From Sphingobacteriaceae bacterium (GTDB taxonomy: Bacteria > Bacteroidota > Bacteroidia > Sphingobacteriales > Sphingobacteriaceae): a stretch of DNA of 55,729 nucleotides. Positions 38,601 to 48,689 of the stretch are shown piece by piece. The notes beneath the pieces are model-generated. The model saw nothing but the letters and a program-made list of their open reading frames with translations. It was not told where the DNA came from and did no database searches. The stretch lies in NCBI GenBank assembly GCA_019752795.1, contig JAIELS010000049.1:1-55729 (forward strand). The letters are read 5' to 3'. Numbering within the stretch: position 1 is the stretch's first letter; each line of letters begins with the position of its first letter. The position numbers were made by a program, and so were the translations under genes.

Positions 38601-39698
38601 CTAAGAAAGAGCATCTTTTAAAGCTTGCAAATATGCTGTTCCCCATTTCTCATCAGGTTCTAAATGACAGCCTTCTCCCCATTCATTCCAAGCATTTATA
38701 AATAATAATTGTTCATTTTCCGGCAAATTATCAGAGGTATATTTTCTCATCTTACTCGCCCATTTTTTAAATAATGCAGGTGTCGAGTTGATGTACATTA
38801 GCGCATTTTTTTTTCTTCTTGCGGAATTGTCCCAAGAAGGAGAGATGCACCTAAAATATTTGTAATTAGGTGTATCACGATTAATCATGTTTTCTACAAC
38901 ATTGGAATAATCATAAACTCCATTCGAATAGATTGAAGATTTTTTAATTCCAGTTTCATGTAATATTTTTTTAAAAAAATAGGAAAGTAAATTTTTCTTT
39001 GCACTTTTTTCCCCTTTAAACTCACCATTCGGAGCAAACTCTGCACCAGCATCAAATCCATGAGTTGATGGGGCTAAATTGCTTTCAAAATTCTCCATTC
39101 TAATTAAAAACAAATCTGGAAATCCATATCTTTTTGCCTCTTCTCTCCATATTTCGGTTGCTTGCTTAATTTGAGGATGAAGTTCTGAACGATACATTAG
39201 AAATACTGGCTTGCCTTCTATTTTTATATAACGCTCATCTTTAAAAATTGGCAGCAGATATTTTATATGAGCCCTGTCATCTTCTAGTGAATATTTTTGT
39301 TCCATTAACACTTCATGTTCGGCCCCGTCCCACCTTCTTGTCCAATTTTCATTTGCCCATGAAAGACAAAATGGAAAATCTGGTTTTTGTTGCATGAGCA
39401 TATTATGGATAGGCTTTTCTAACAGAAGCTTGCCATTAAACCAATAATGATAAAAACAAAATCCATAAATGCCATATGATTTTGCTAGATCCGCTTGGCT
39501 AATCAGCACATCATTATCACTTAAATCATAATAATTTTTGTTCAGAGGTATATGTGGTTGATAATGACCTTCGAATAGTGATCTTGCCTTTTTAACGTTT
39601 GTCCACTCAGTAAATCCCTCACCCCACCATTTGTTGTTTTCTGCAACTTCATGATACTGGGGTAAATAAAGTGCAATTGTTTTAAGCTTACTGTTCAT
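38601..39698 (-). CDS. WbsX-family / GH99-like domain protein
   Basis: YLPQYH..ENNKWWGEGFTEW, FCFYHYWF, WANENW and INAWNEWGEG.HLEPD motifs. Confidence 0.9.
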   Translation of the reverse strand: MNSKLKTIALYLPQYHEVAENNKWWGEGFTEWTNVKKARSLFEGHYQPHIPLNKNYYDLSDNDVLISQADLAKSYGIYGFCFYHYWFNGKLLLEKPIHNMLMQQKPDFPFCLSWANENWTRRWDGAEHEVLMEQKYSLEDDRAHIKYLLPIFKDERYIKIEGKPVFLMYRSELHPQIKQATEIWREEAKRYGFPDLFLIRMENFESNLAPSTHGFDAGAEFAPNGEFKGEKSAKKNLLSYFFKKILHETGIKKSSIYSNGVYDYSNVVENMINRDTPNYKYFRCISPSWDNSARRKKNALMYINSTPALFKKWASKMRKYTSDNLPENEQLLFINAWNEWGEGCHLEPDEKWGTAYLQALKDALS

Positions 39699-39814
39699 TT
39701 AACATAGATTAAAATGTGTTACTTCCCTTCAATTAAAAGCTAGCTTATAGGTATGGTTTAACTGGATAAACATCAGCCAAAATTAAAAATAGTAATAACC
39801 CAATTTAGTTTATT

Positions 39815-40711
39815 TCAACTATTTTTTGAGCATTCTTTAATTATAAATTTAATTGTCGAGAAAAAAGACCTTCTTCTGGTGTAGAAAAGTTTGTTTGTGT
39901 TGCTTAAAAGCAAAGAGAATAATTTGAATGAAAATTTTTTTGTTCTTAAATCTTCATATCCTAAAATTAAGTCTGAGATTAATTTCTTGGTTTTTTTACT
40001 CGTTAACGGGTTATCCCTAAATACGATAAGGTTTTTTAGATTTTTATTTCTCTTGGTTTGTGCATCTTCTTTTGATGTTGAACTTTGCGAATGCCTTCTA
40101 TGCTGTACAAAAATTCTTTTTGTGAAATTTATCTTCCCTAAACATGCTGCGGTATAAGCCATCCACCAATCATAATACATTTCTGTAGGAAAAGGCAAGC
40201 ATGAATTAAGTAGTTTCTTGTCAAAAATAAATGCATGTCCAGATATACAGTTATGGTATAAAAGAAAATCTTCACAATTTCCTTTAACAAAGCGATGGAG
40301 ATCAGACATTTTTTTTCCTGTAGAGCGGCCATTTTCATCTATAAAGACAGAATCATGATAGAAAAGTAAGTCGTTATGAATATGAGCTAGCATAAATGCA
40401 ATTTTCTCCTTATCCCAAATATCATCTTGATCTGAAATAGCAATATAGGCTCCATTTGTTAGCGAGAGGGCTTTATTAAAATTAAGATTGAAACCTAAAT
40501 TTTTATCGTTTTTAAATAATTGTATTCTTGAGTCTTTTTTTTGAAATTCTTCAAGCATTTGAAAGGTTCGATCGGTAGAGCAATCATCAACAATTATAAT
40601 TTCTAAATTTTGATAGGTTTGGGAAAGAATTGAATTTAATTGCTCATTAATATATAATGCCCCATTATAAGTACAAAGCGCAATTGAAACTAGCGGTTCT
40701 TTACTTTCCAT
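39815..40711 (-). CDS. Glycosyltransferase family 2
   Basis: VSIALCTYNG, VDDCSTD and SDQDDIW motifs. Confidence 0.92.
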   Translation of the reverse strand: MESKEPLVSIALCTYNGALYINEQLNSILSQTYQNLEIIIVDDCSTDRTFQMLEEFQKKDSRIQLFKNDKNLGFNLNFNKALSLTNGAYIAISDQDDIWDKEKIAFMLAHIHNDLLFYHDSVFIDENGRSTGKKMSDLHRFVKGNCEDFLLYHNCISGHAFIFDKKLLNSCLPFPTEMYYDWWMAYTAACLGKINFTKRIFVQHRRHSQSSTSKEDAQTKRNKNLKNLIVFRDNPLTSKKTKKLISDLILGYEDLRTKKFSFKLFSLLLSNTNKLFYTRRRSFFSTIKFIIKECSKNS

Positions 40712-41508
40712 TAGCCTAATTTTTTATAGATACTATTTTTTATCCTTACAAAGAATAAGGTAATGGGATTACCGTAAAACCTACTAAAAATAGATCCTGA
40801 TAAATAAAAGACAGTAAAAGTAGTTTGTATCCATCGTCCTCTAAAAAAATGGTTATATTTTTTAATTAGTTCTTTCCTTATTTCAAAAAAATCTGGTGAT
40901 AAATTCCCCCTACTTTTATGTGTTAAGTTAAAACGGATAACATAAGAATTAAAACCATTTAGTTCAGCATTTAAACATAAATCTGTAGCATACAAATGAA
41001 AGCCGGTTAAATTTTTAGCTAATGATAAAGAAGCACTATTTTTAACGAGAATAAAGTTTTCATCAAGTGAAGATACCTTTACAGGAAATTTCCCTTTACT
41101 CATTAATTCTCCTGTTGGATAGGAAATATGGTAAACAATATGATTTGGACCCATCGCTCCGGCATTACCACAAATCGCCCAATTTGAATCAGTTTTCTCT
41201 AAAGTTATTAATTGTTTTCGGAGGTCATCAATATTGTCTTTATCCATCAATATATCTTGATGGCAAATGATAATATATTTTCCTCTCGCTTGTTTAAGGA
41301 ATAAATTTAACCCTTTAAATCCATCAAATTTGTTTTCGATAGAATTATCTAGATAAAGAAACTCACAAATTTCAGGCGTAAAACCCGCTTTATTAAAAGA
41401 AGCAAGCATTTCTGTATACTCTTCTTTTCTAGTAACCAAGGTACAAATTGAGAATTCAAAAATTTGTTTTTCGTGATCAATTGATAAAGCATACTGTGGA
41501 ATTTCCAT
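40711..41508 (-). CDS. GT-A-fold glycosyltransferase-like protein
   Basis: ARGKYIIICHQD, SLDE and FHLYATDLCL motifs; inside the glycan cluster. Confidence 0.65.
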   Translation of the reverse strand: MEIPQYALSIDHEKQIFEFSICTLVTRKEEYTEMLASFNKAGFTPEICEFLYLDNSIENKFDGFKGLNLFLKQARGKYIIICHQDILMDKDNIDDLRKQLITLEKTDSNWAICGNAGAMGPNHIVYHISYPTGELMSKGKFPVKVSSLDENFILVKNSASLSLAKNLTGFHLYATDLCLNAELNGFNSYVIRFNLTHKSRGNLSPDFFEIRKELIKKYNHFFRGRWIQTTFTVFYLSGSIFSRFYGNPITLFFVRIKNSIYKKLG

Positions 41509-41512
41509 CTTC

Positions 41513-43336
41513 TTAATCGTTAAATGCTTGCATTTCTATTAAACGTTTATAAACGCCATTTCGTGACATCAATTCGTTATGACTTCCTGTTTCAACAATC
41601 ATTCCTTTATCGATTACAACAATTAGGTCTGCATGTTGTATTGTGCTTAAGCGGTGAGCAATTATAATAGATGTTCTGTTTTGCATTAAATTGTTTAACG
41701 CATCCTGTACCAACTTTTCAGATTCAGTATCTAATGCTGATGTGGCCTCGTCTAATAGCATTATCGGCGGATTTCCTAATACCGCTCTTGCGATACAAAT
41801 TCTTTGTTTTTGACCGCCAGAAAGCTTATTGCCTCTATCGCCCACTAAAGATTGATAACCATCTTCTGTTCCTAATATAAATTCATGCGCATTGGCAATT
41901 TTTGCTGCGGCAATAACTTCAGCTTCCGTTGCTTCCGGTTTACCAAAGGCGATATTGTTAAAGATGCTATCATTAAATAAAATGCTTTCTTGGTTTACGG
42001 TTCCCATCTGGGCCCTTATGCTCTCTACGGTTAAATCTTTGTAATCATGACCATCAATTTTTAAGCTACCTGATTTTGGATCGTGAAAACGAGGAATCAA
42101 ATCCATTAAAGTGCTTTTTCCGCCACCAGAGGGGCCAACCAAAGCAACTGTTGCTCCTTTCTTTATACTGATATTAATATTCTTTAATACTTCTTTATTG
42201 CCATAATTAAAAGTCACATTTTCAAATAGCAACTCTTTTTCAAATTTATCTAAGACTTTGGCATCAGGTTTATTAATTAAATCTGGCTTAGTGTCTATTA
42301 ATTCTAATACACGTTCCCCAGCTGCAATGCCATTATGTATACCGCTAAACGAATCTGTAAGCGCTTTTATGGGTTGCATTATTTGAGAAAAGGTAGCCAA
42401 ATACACTATAAATTCATCTGCTTCTAAATCTCCTTTTCCTGTTAAAATCATACCTCCGCCATATAATAGGATAAAAACAACAACCAATACACCTAAAGTT
42501 TGAGAAACTGGAGAGGCCAATTGTTGTCGCCTAGCCATTTTACGGTTAAGGTTTGAATAGAATTTATTTTCGTCGTTAAATTTTTCTTTTATCCTGAAAG
42601 TTGCATTAAAAGCTTTAATGATTTTAATCCCTCCAAGTGCTTCATCTAAAAAGCCAATCATTTTTGCAAAAGACTGTTGAGATTGGGTAGATTGCTGTTT
42701 TAATCTTTTAACAATTTTACTAATTACAAATCCAGAAATTGGAATAACTAGGAGTGAGAATAAGGTTAGCTTTACTGAAATAGAAATAAGAACGCCAATA
42801 AAGAAAATGAGCTGAACGGGCTCCTTAAAAACTACTTGCAAAGTATTGGTAACAGAAAATTGTACAACCTGTACATCTGAAGCTACCTTAGAAATAATAT
42901 CGCCTTTACGTTCATTGTTAAAAAAACCAACATGTAGGTTCATTACGTTATCAAAAACGGTTTTACGTAAGTTTAATAAAGTATGAACTCTTAAATCTTC
43001 CATATATCTTTGAGAAAAGTAACGGAAAAAATTAGCTAGAAAAACCGTAATTACAATAACAATACAGATTACTTCCAATGCATATACTTTATCATGCATC
43101 ACAATAAGTTCGTCTACGTATTGGCTAAAAATTTTCATCGGATTTAAAGATGAAGTTTTAACTACTTTAGTTATTTCATCTTGACTATCACCTAAAAAGA
43201 TGGTATTCATAATGGGACCAAGCAGCGTAAAAAGAAATGTATTAAAAATAATTGCAAAAAGTGTAGTTATAATATATGGTATTGCAAATTTTTCAATTGG
43301 TTTTGCAAAAGAGAGTAAACGAAAATAGGTCTTCAT
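41513..43336 (-). CDS. MsbA-like ABC exporter
   Basis: TM domain, GPSGGGKS, LSGGQKQR and DEATSALD. Confidence 0.92.
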   Translation of the reverse strand: MKTYFRLLSFAKPIEKFAIPYIITTLFAIIFNTFLFTLLGPIMNTIFLGDSQDEITKVVKTSSLNPMKIFSQYVDELIVMHDKVYALEVICIVIVITVFLANFFRYFSQRYMEDLRVHTLLNLRKTVFDNVMNLHVGFFNNERKGDIISKVASDVQVVQFSVTNTLQVVFKEPVQLIFFIGVLISISVKLTLFSLLVIPISGFVISKIVKRLKQQSTQSQQSFAKMIGFLDEALGGIKIIKAFNATFRIKEKFNDENKFYSNLNRKMARRQQLASPVSQTLGVLVVVFILLYGGGMILTGKGDLEADEFIVYLATFSQIMQPIKALTDSFSGIHNGIAAGERVLELIDTKPDLINKPDAKVLDKFEKELLFENVTFNYGNKEVLKNINISIKKGATVALVGPSGGGKSTLMDLIPRFHDPKSGSLKIDGHDYKDLTVESIRAQMGTVNQESILFNDSIFNNIAFGKPEATEAEVIAAAKIANAHEFILGTEDGYQSLVGDRGNKLSGGQKQRICIARAVLGNPPIMLLDEATSALDTESEKLVQDALNNLMQNRTSIIIAHRLSTIQHADLIVVIDKGMIVETGSHNELMSRNGVYKRLIEMQAFND

Positions 43337-43471
43337 ATAAAATGATATAAGAAGACAAAGTTAATCTTTTTGCGGTTTGTTTAGTTAATTGGCTTAATGT
43401 GTAATTATTATAATACTTTAATGCTGTAATTTTAGCCAAAATTTATGTTTATTTGTTAAAAGAGATGATTA

Positions 43472-44371
43472 ATGAAGCCGTATTTGCCATATCAAAAAGG
43501 AATTGAAAAAGGGGATTTTAAAATTTTGGCTAGAGCATTAACTTTAGTAGAAAATGATCTTAAGCCTAGTTCCGATTTATTAAAAAACCTTCATATCAAT
43601 TTAACCATACCAGTTATTGGTATTACTGGTCCGCCGGGAGCTGGAAAAAGTACTTTGGTTAATGCAATTACGTCAAACTTCGTCGCTGAAGGTAAAAAAG
43701 TAGCCATTCTGGCAGTTGACCCGACCTCGCCGTTTAACTTTGGGTCTTTATTGGGCGATAGAATTAGGATGGCTCAACAATTTAATAATCCAGACGTATA
43801 TATTAGGTCTATTGCAACTAGAGGAGCTTTAGGAGGCGTATCCGCAAAAACATTAGAAATGATAGACGTGTTAAAATCTTCAAATTTTGATGTGATTTTG
43901 GTTGAGACCGTTGGCGTTGGACAATCTGAGGTAGAAATAGCAGGTTTGGCAGATAAAACAATTGTTGTTTTAGTTCCAGAATCTGGAGATGAGATACAAA
44001 ATATCAAGTCTGGTTTAATGGAAATAGCACAAGGATTTGTTGTAAATAAAGCAGATAGAGAAGGTGCTGAAATCTTTGCTAATAATTTGAAAAAGCTTGT
44101 TCAGGGGCAACATCAAGATATACCTGTTTTTAAAACCGTTGCAGATAAAGGAGATGGACTAATTGAACTATGCAATTGGTTATTGGCAACAAATAAGACT
44201 GTAAACGAACGTAAACACCTTTTGATTTTAGAAAAAGCTTATCGAATTATCCAACATCAGCGCATGTTAGATATAGATAAAATAAAGCTTCGCAATGCGA
44301 TTGACGAAGCTTTATTAACACCAGATTTTAATGTTTACCGATTTATTGAGAAATGGATTAAGCATTCATAA
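43472..44371 (+). CDS. meaB: Methylmalonyl-CoA mutase-associated GTPase MeaB/ArgK
   Basis: GITGPPGAGKST, AVDPTS, LLGDRIRM, ETVGVGQSE and NKAD motifs. Confidence 0.93.
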   Translation: MKPYLPYQKGIEKGDFKILARALTLVENDLKPSSDLLKNLHINLTIPVIGITGPPGAGKSTLVNAITSNFVAEGKKVAILAVDPTSPFNFGSLLGDRIRMAQQFNNPDVYIRSIATRGALGGVSAKTLEMIDVLKSSNFDVILVETVGVGQSEVEIAGLADKTIVVLVPESGDEIQNIKSGLMEIAQGFVVNKADREGAEIFANNLKKLVQGQHQDIPVFKTVADKGDGLIELCNWLLATNKTVNERKHLLILEKAYRIIQHQRMLDIDKIKLRNAIDEALLTPDFNVYRFIEKWIKHS

Positions 44372-45647
44372 TCGATTCGATCTCTTCTGCAATAATCGGG
44401 ATATTTGCCATTAAATCAATATTTCCATTTTTAGTTAAAAGAATATCATTCTCTAATCTTACCCCAAATCCTTCTTCTGGAATATAAATTCCTGGTTCGC
44501 AAGTTAGAATATTACCAGCAGCAAAAGGAGTATATCTTCCAGCAAGGTCATGCACATCTATACCTAAATGATGCGTGTTACCGTGCATAAAATACTTTTT
44601 ATAGGCAGGATATTTTGGGTTCTGGTTTTTTACGTCGGTTGTAGAAATTAATTTTAGATTAACTAGTTGCTCGGTCATAATTTCACCAACCTCTTCATGA
44701 TAGGCATTCCAAATGGTGCCAGCAACCATCAATTTTTTAGATTCATTTAATACATGTAGAACGGCATTGTATACTTCTTTTTGGCGTTTTGTGAACTTTC
44801 CATTTACAGGAATGGTTCTAGTCATATCTGCATTATAGTTTGCATATTCTGCTCCAAAGTCCATTAAGATGAGTTCTCCATCTTTACAAGGCTGGTTATT
44901 ATCTGTATAATGCAAGATATTAGCGTTATTTCCTGATGCTATTATTGGAGAATAACCATGTCCGGTTGCTCTATTTTTTATAAATTCATGAATAATTTCA
45001 GCCTCAACCTCATATTCCATTACACCTGGCTTAACAAATTTTAGCACTCTTAAAAATGCGTCTTTTGTAATGTCGCAAGCGTGTTGAGTAAGCTCTATTT
45101 CAATAGGAGATTTAATTGGACGTAATTCTCGCATTAATGGGGCAGCTCTCTCAAATTTATGCAAAGGATATTTTGTACGTAGCGTTTCAATAAAACGAAT
45201 GTCTCTATAGGTTACGGAATGCGCATAGCGATCATTTTCATTTGTATTTAAATAGACATAATCTGCATAATGGATTATACTGTGTAATATATTATCAAAA
45301 TCTTCTAACCAGTAAATGTTTTCTATACCCGACACAGCCTTAGCTTGCTCTTTGGTGTACTTGTGTCCTTCCCAAACTTTAATGTAATCGTTTGTCTGTC
45401 TTAAAAAAAGGACTTCTTTGTATAATGGATTAGGACAATTAGGGAATAGGAGTAAAATTGATTGTTCTTGGTCTATGCCAGAAAGATAAAATAGATCTGG
45501 ATTTTGCTTAAAAAGAAAATTTTGATCCCCACTTCTAGGGAATTCGTCGTTTGACTGGAATATAGCTATGGAATTCTTCTGCAGTAAACTTGTTAAGTTT
45601 TTTCTATTGATGCAGAATAATGAGTTGTCAATTTGCTTGTATTTCAT
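44358..45647 (-). CDS. pepP: Xaa-Pro aminopeptidase (M24B)
   Basis: AMP_N domain; DFGAE..Y.ADMTRT, HHLGIDVHD, EPGIY and GVRLEND motifs. Confidence 0.92.
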   Translation of the reverse strand: MKYKQIDNSLFCINRKNLTSLLQKNSIAIFQSNDEFPRSGDQNFLFKQNPDLFYLSGIDQEQSILLLFPNCPNPLYKEVLFLRQTNDYIKVWEGHKYTKEQAKAVSGIENIYWLEDFDNILHSIIHYADYVYLNTNENDRYAHSVTYRDIRFIETLRTKYPLHKFERAAPLMRELRPIKSPIEIELTQHACDITKDAFLRVLKFVKPGVMEYEVEAEIIHEFIKNRATGHGYSPIIASGNNANILHYTDNNQPCKDGELILMDFGAEYANYNADMTRTIPVNGKFTKRQKEVYNAVLHVLNESKKLMVAGTIWNAYHEEVGEIMTEQLVNLKLISTTDVKNQNPKYPAYKKYFMHGNTHHLGIDVHDLAGRYTPFAAGNILTCEPGIYIPEEGFGVRLENDILLTKNGNIDLMANIPIIAEEIESIMNA

Positions 45648-45713
45648 AATTTTTTATTACATTTATGAATATGATTCTCTCAAATGTAATAAAAACTTCA
45701 AATCTTTTAAAGT

Positions 45714-45730
45714 TTGGAACAGTGTTTGTA
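45714..45730 (+). promoter_or_regulatory. Putative sigma54 (-24/-12) promoter upstream of ompA
   Basis: TTGGAAC-AGTGT-TTGTA has the TGGCAC-N5-TTGC spacing. Confidence 0.45.
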
Positions 45731-45819
45731 TAGTATTTTGAGATTATAAAAAATTGTTTAATTTTGTAACTACAAAAAATTATACAATTGTTATTTGTTT
45801 AACCTTAAAAAAGAAAATT

Positions 45820-47160
45820 ATGAATTATTCTACTTTAAAAAAGGGTTTAGTAGCCTCACTAGTAGCAGTAATGGGATTAACGTCTCTTGCTAGCGCTCAG
45901 GAAGCTGCCGCTCCTTCTTCTTCTGCAAAAGTATTTGGCGGAAGATCACAATACAGAACCTGGTCATTAGGTGTTAATGCAGGTGTAACTACTCCAATCG
46001 TTTTATTAGGAGGCAGAAATGACTATACTAACTGGGATGTTAATTTAGGTTATGGCGTTTCTTTACGCAAGCAATTAGGTCATGCATTTGGTTTAGAGGC
46101 TAACGTAATGCGTGGTAAAATTTCTGGATCTAATAAAGATGCAACTGGTGGTATTCAAAATGGTGTTAAAGATTTTGAAACTAAATTTCAGTATGCTGCT
46201 GATTTAAGAGGTGTTATTAATGTTGCTACTGTAGATTTTTTACGTCGTGAAAACTCGGTTAATTTTACATTAAGCGCAGGTTATGGTTTGTTAGCTTATC
46301 AGCCAACAACTACTTTAGCTAACGGTACTTCAAATGTTCAAAAACCATTAAATGGTGATGATTATTACAAAGGAGCTTATATTCCTGTTGGAGCTGGCGT
46401 TAAATTTAAAGTTTCTGATCAAGTTTCTTTCAACTTAGCTTATACAATGAACTTTGTTGATGATTATAACGTAAACGGTGTTCAAACTGGTGGTAATACT
46501 GCTAACTTTGATAAATTCTCATATGCTTCTGCTGGTTTAGAATTCTCTTTAGGTTCTAAATCTAAACCAAACTTGGATTGGGTTAACCCACTTGCTTTAA
46601 TGTATGATGAGTTAAAAGATCCTTCTTTACGTCAAGAAGTTGAGGCATTGAAAAATCGTGTTTCTAACGTAGAGAAATCTATTGAAAATTTGAAAAAAGA
46701 TACTGATGGTGACGGTGTTGCTGACCAATTTGACAAATGCCCTGGAACTCCAGCTGGTACTAAAGTTGATGGTTCAGGATGTCCACTTCCAGTTCCTGCT
46801 CCAGTTGTAGTTGAAGCTGCTGCTCCAATGGTTTCTGGTTGGGAGCCAATTCAATTTGAATTTAATAGTTCAGTTTTAAAAACTGAAGCTTATCCAGTAT
46901 TAGATAAATTATCTTCTACATTGCGTGAAAACGGTGGTAAAGTAACTGCTAAAGGTTATGCTTCTAGCGAAGGTACTGCTGCATACAATATGAAATTATC
47001 TAAAGACAGAGCTAACTCTGTAAAAACATATTTAGTGAACTCTGGCGTTAATGCTAGTGCTGTAACTACTAAAGGTTTAGGCGAAGCTAATCCAATTGCT
47101 TCTAACGATACTGAAGAAGGTCGTATCCAAAACCGTCGTGTTGAGACTACAAGAAACTAA
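45820..47160 (+). CDS. OmpA-family outer membrane protein
   Basis: Signal peptide, beta-barrel, TSP3-like DTDGDGVADQFDKCP and a C-terminal OmpA domain (NMKLSKDRA, NRRVE). Start taken at MNYSTLKK. Confidence 0.93.
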   Translation: MNYSTLKKGLVASLVAVMGLTSLASAQEAAAPSSSAKVFGGRSQYRTWSLGVNAGVTTPIVLLGGRNDYTNWDVNLGYGVSLRKQLGHAFGLEANVMRGKISGSNKDATGGIQNGVKDFETKFQYAADLRGVINVATVDFLRRENSVNFTLSAGYGLLAYQPTTTLANGTSNVQKPLNGDDYYKGAYIPVGAGVKFKVSDQVSFNLAYTMNFVDDYNVNGVQTGGNTANFDKFSYASAGLEFSLGSKSKPNLDWVNPLALMYDELKDPSLRQEVEALKNRVSNVEKSIENLKKDTDGDGVADQFDKCPGTPAGTKVDGSGCPLPVPAPVVVEAAAPMVSGWEPIQFEFNSSVLKTEAYPVLDKLSSTLRENGGKVTAKGYASSEGTAAYNMKLSKDRANSVKTYLVNSGVNASAVTTKGLGEANPIASNDTEEGRIQNRRVETTRN

Positions 47161-47178
47161 TCTTTCTTAACTCAATAT

Positions 47179-47217
47179 AAAAAGAGTTCCGGCCATTGGT
47201 CGGAACTCTTTTTTTTT
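47179..47217 (+). terminator. Terminator after ompA
   Basis: AAAAGAGTTCCGGCCA..TGGTCGGAACTCTTTTTTTTT. Confidence 0.92.
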
Positions 47218-47233
47218 ATACCTACATTTGTAT

Positions 47234-47377
47234 ATGTACTTCTTTAGAAAAAAGGACCCAAATAGGCCAACTAGTGTCAACATTAAAATAATGCATATTA
47301 TTAATGCTACAGCTATTTTAATTTTTGTTGTAGGAATAATATGGAAACTTGTACAATGGTTTATTTTAAATAAATAA
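47234..47377 (+). CDS. Small single-TM protein (DUF6728-like, 47 aa), absent from the ORF track
   Basis: Own translation MYFFRKKDPNRPTSVNIKIMHIINATAILIFVVGIIWKLVQWFILNK*; TACATTTG promoter immediately upstream. Confidence 0.8.
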   Translation: MYFFRKKDPNRPTSVNIKIMHIINATAILIFVVGIIWKLVQWFILNK

Positions 47378-47395
47378 TTTCAATAGAATTCAGTA

Positions 47396-47776
47396 ATGAA
47401 AAAGGTTATAAATACAACTAATGCGCCGGCACCAATTGGTCCCTATAGTCAAGCGGTAATTGCTAATGGATTTTTATTTGCTTCTGGACAAGTTGCAATT
47501 AATCCAGAAAACGGAGAAATAAATTTATCTTCTATTACAGAAGAAACACATCAAGTAATGCGCAATATTAAAGCTGTTTTAATAGAGGCTGATTATGAGT
47601 TTGCTCACATTGTAAAAACTACAATATTTTTATCTGATATGGCTTTATTTGCAGAAGTAAATGAAGCGTATGGTTCATACTTTGATTCTGCATTCCCAGC
47701 GAGAGAAACCGTTGCAGTTAAAGGATTGCCAAAAGGTGTAAATGTAGAAATCTCTGTTACTGCATATAAAGCATAG
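47396..47776 (+). CDS. ridA: RidA/YjgF family enamine deaminase
   Basis: APAPIGPYSQA, SGQ, PARETV and LPKGVNVEI motifs. Confidence 0.93.
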   Translation: MKKVINTTNAPAPIGPYSQAVIANGFLFASGQVAINPENGEINLSSITEETHQVMRNIKAVLIEADYEFAHIVKTTIFLSDMALFAEVNEAYGSYFDSAFPARETVAVKGLPKGVNVEISVTAYKA

Positions 47777-47780
47777 TTAA

Positions 47781-48683
47781 TTGAATCCTAAATCGAAGTA
47801 TTTATTTGCTGCCTTTTTATCAGTTGCAATTTGGGGTTTTTTCTCTATTCCACTTAGAAATTTAATTGCATTTCCCTCTCAGGAAATTTTGTATTACCGC
47901 ATATTTGCATCATTAATTGTAATATGGGTTGCTATATTATTGTTTAGAAAAAAGCAGCTAAGAGAAGATTTAAAATATTTTCAATCTGTTACTAAAAGAG
48001 AAAGAAAAATTATTGTTTGGCAGATTGTTGGCGCCACAGTATTGCTAACCCTAAACTGGTATACTTTTATCTATGCAGTAAATAATGTGAGTTTAAAATC
48101 TGCAGCCTTTGCTTATATGGTTTGTCCGCTAATTACTGCTTTTGGTGGCTTTTTGATCTTAAAGGAAGAGCTTTCTAAAATTAAGTTAATCTCTTTAGGC
48201 ATTGCGTTAATTAGTATTTTGCTATTGGCAACAGGCTCATTTAAAGAAGTGCTTTGGTCTGTTGGTATAGCAGCATTATATGCATTTTACTTAATCATCC
48301 AGCGTAAAATGCAACATCTTGATAAGTTAAATGTATTGGCATTACAAATTACTTTAGCTGTAGTATTAATGCTTCCATTTTATCTATACCATCACGAATC
48401 TTTTCCTGTTGGAGTTTGGTTTTGGGGTCACATTGTGATAATTGCGATTGTATTTACGGTTATTCCGCTTTTTTTAAGTTTGTATGCATTAATTGGTATA
48501 CCGTCTTCAACCTTAGGTATCATCATTTATCTAAATCCAATTATTGCTTTTGCAGTGGCCGTTCTATACTTCAATGAACATATAAGTGTAAATCAACTGC
48601 TAGCATATTTGCTATTATTGTTCGCCGTTTTACTTTTTAATTGGAACTTGATAAAAGATATATTTACTTTTAGTAGAAAATAA
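47781..48683 (+). CDS. EamA/RarD-type DMT transporter
   Basis: About 10 TM helices; WG, EILYYR, LNW..FIYAV and LGIIIYLNP motifs. Confidence 0.85.
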   Translation: MNPKSKYLFAAFLSVAIWGFFSIPLRNLIAFPSQEILYYRIFASLIVIWVAILLFRKKQLREDLKYFQSVTKRERKIIVWQIVGATVLLTLNWYTFIYAVNNVSLKSAAFAYMVCPLITAFGGFLILKEELSKIKLISLGIALISILLLATGSFKEVLWSVGIAALYAFYLIIQRKMQHLDKLNVLALQITLAVVLMLPFYLYHHESFPVGVWFWGHIVIIAIVFTVIPLFLSLYALIGIPSSTLGIIIYLNPIIAFAVAVLYFNEHISVNQLLAYLLLLFAVLLFNWNLIKDIFTFSRK

Positions 48684-48689
48684 TAGATT

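Noticed and set aside
44358-44371. 14-bp convergent overlap of meaB and pepP
   Set aside because: Short 3' overlaps are common; no further signal.
46699-46790. DxDxDG repeat in OmpA
   Set aside because: Known thrombospondin type-3-like calcium-binding linker of OprF/OmpA proteins.
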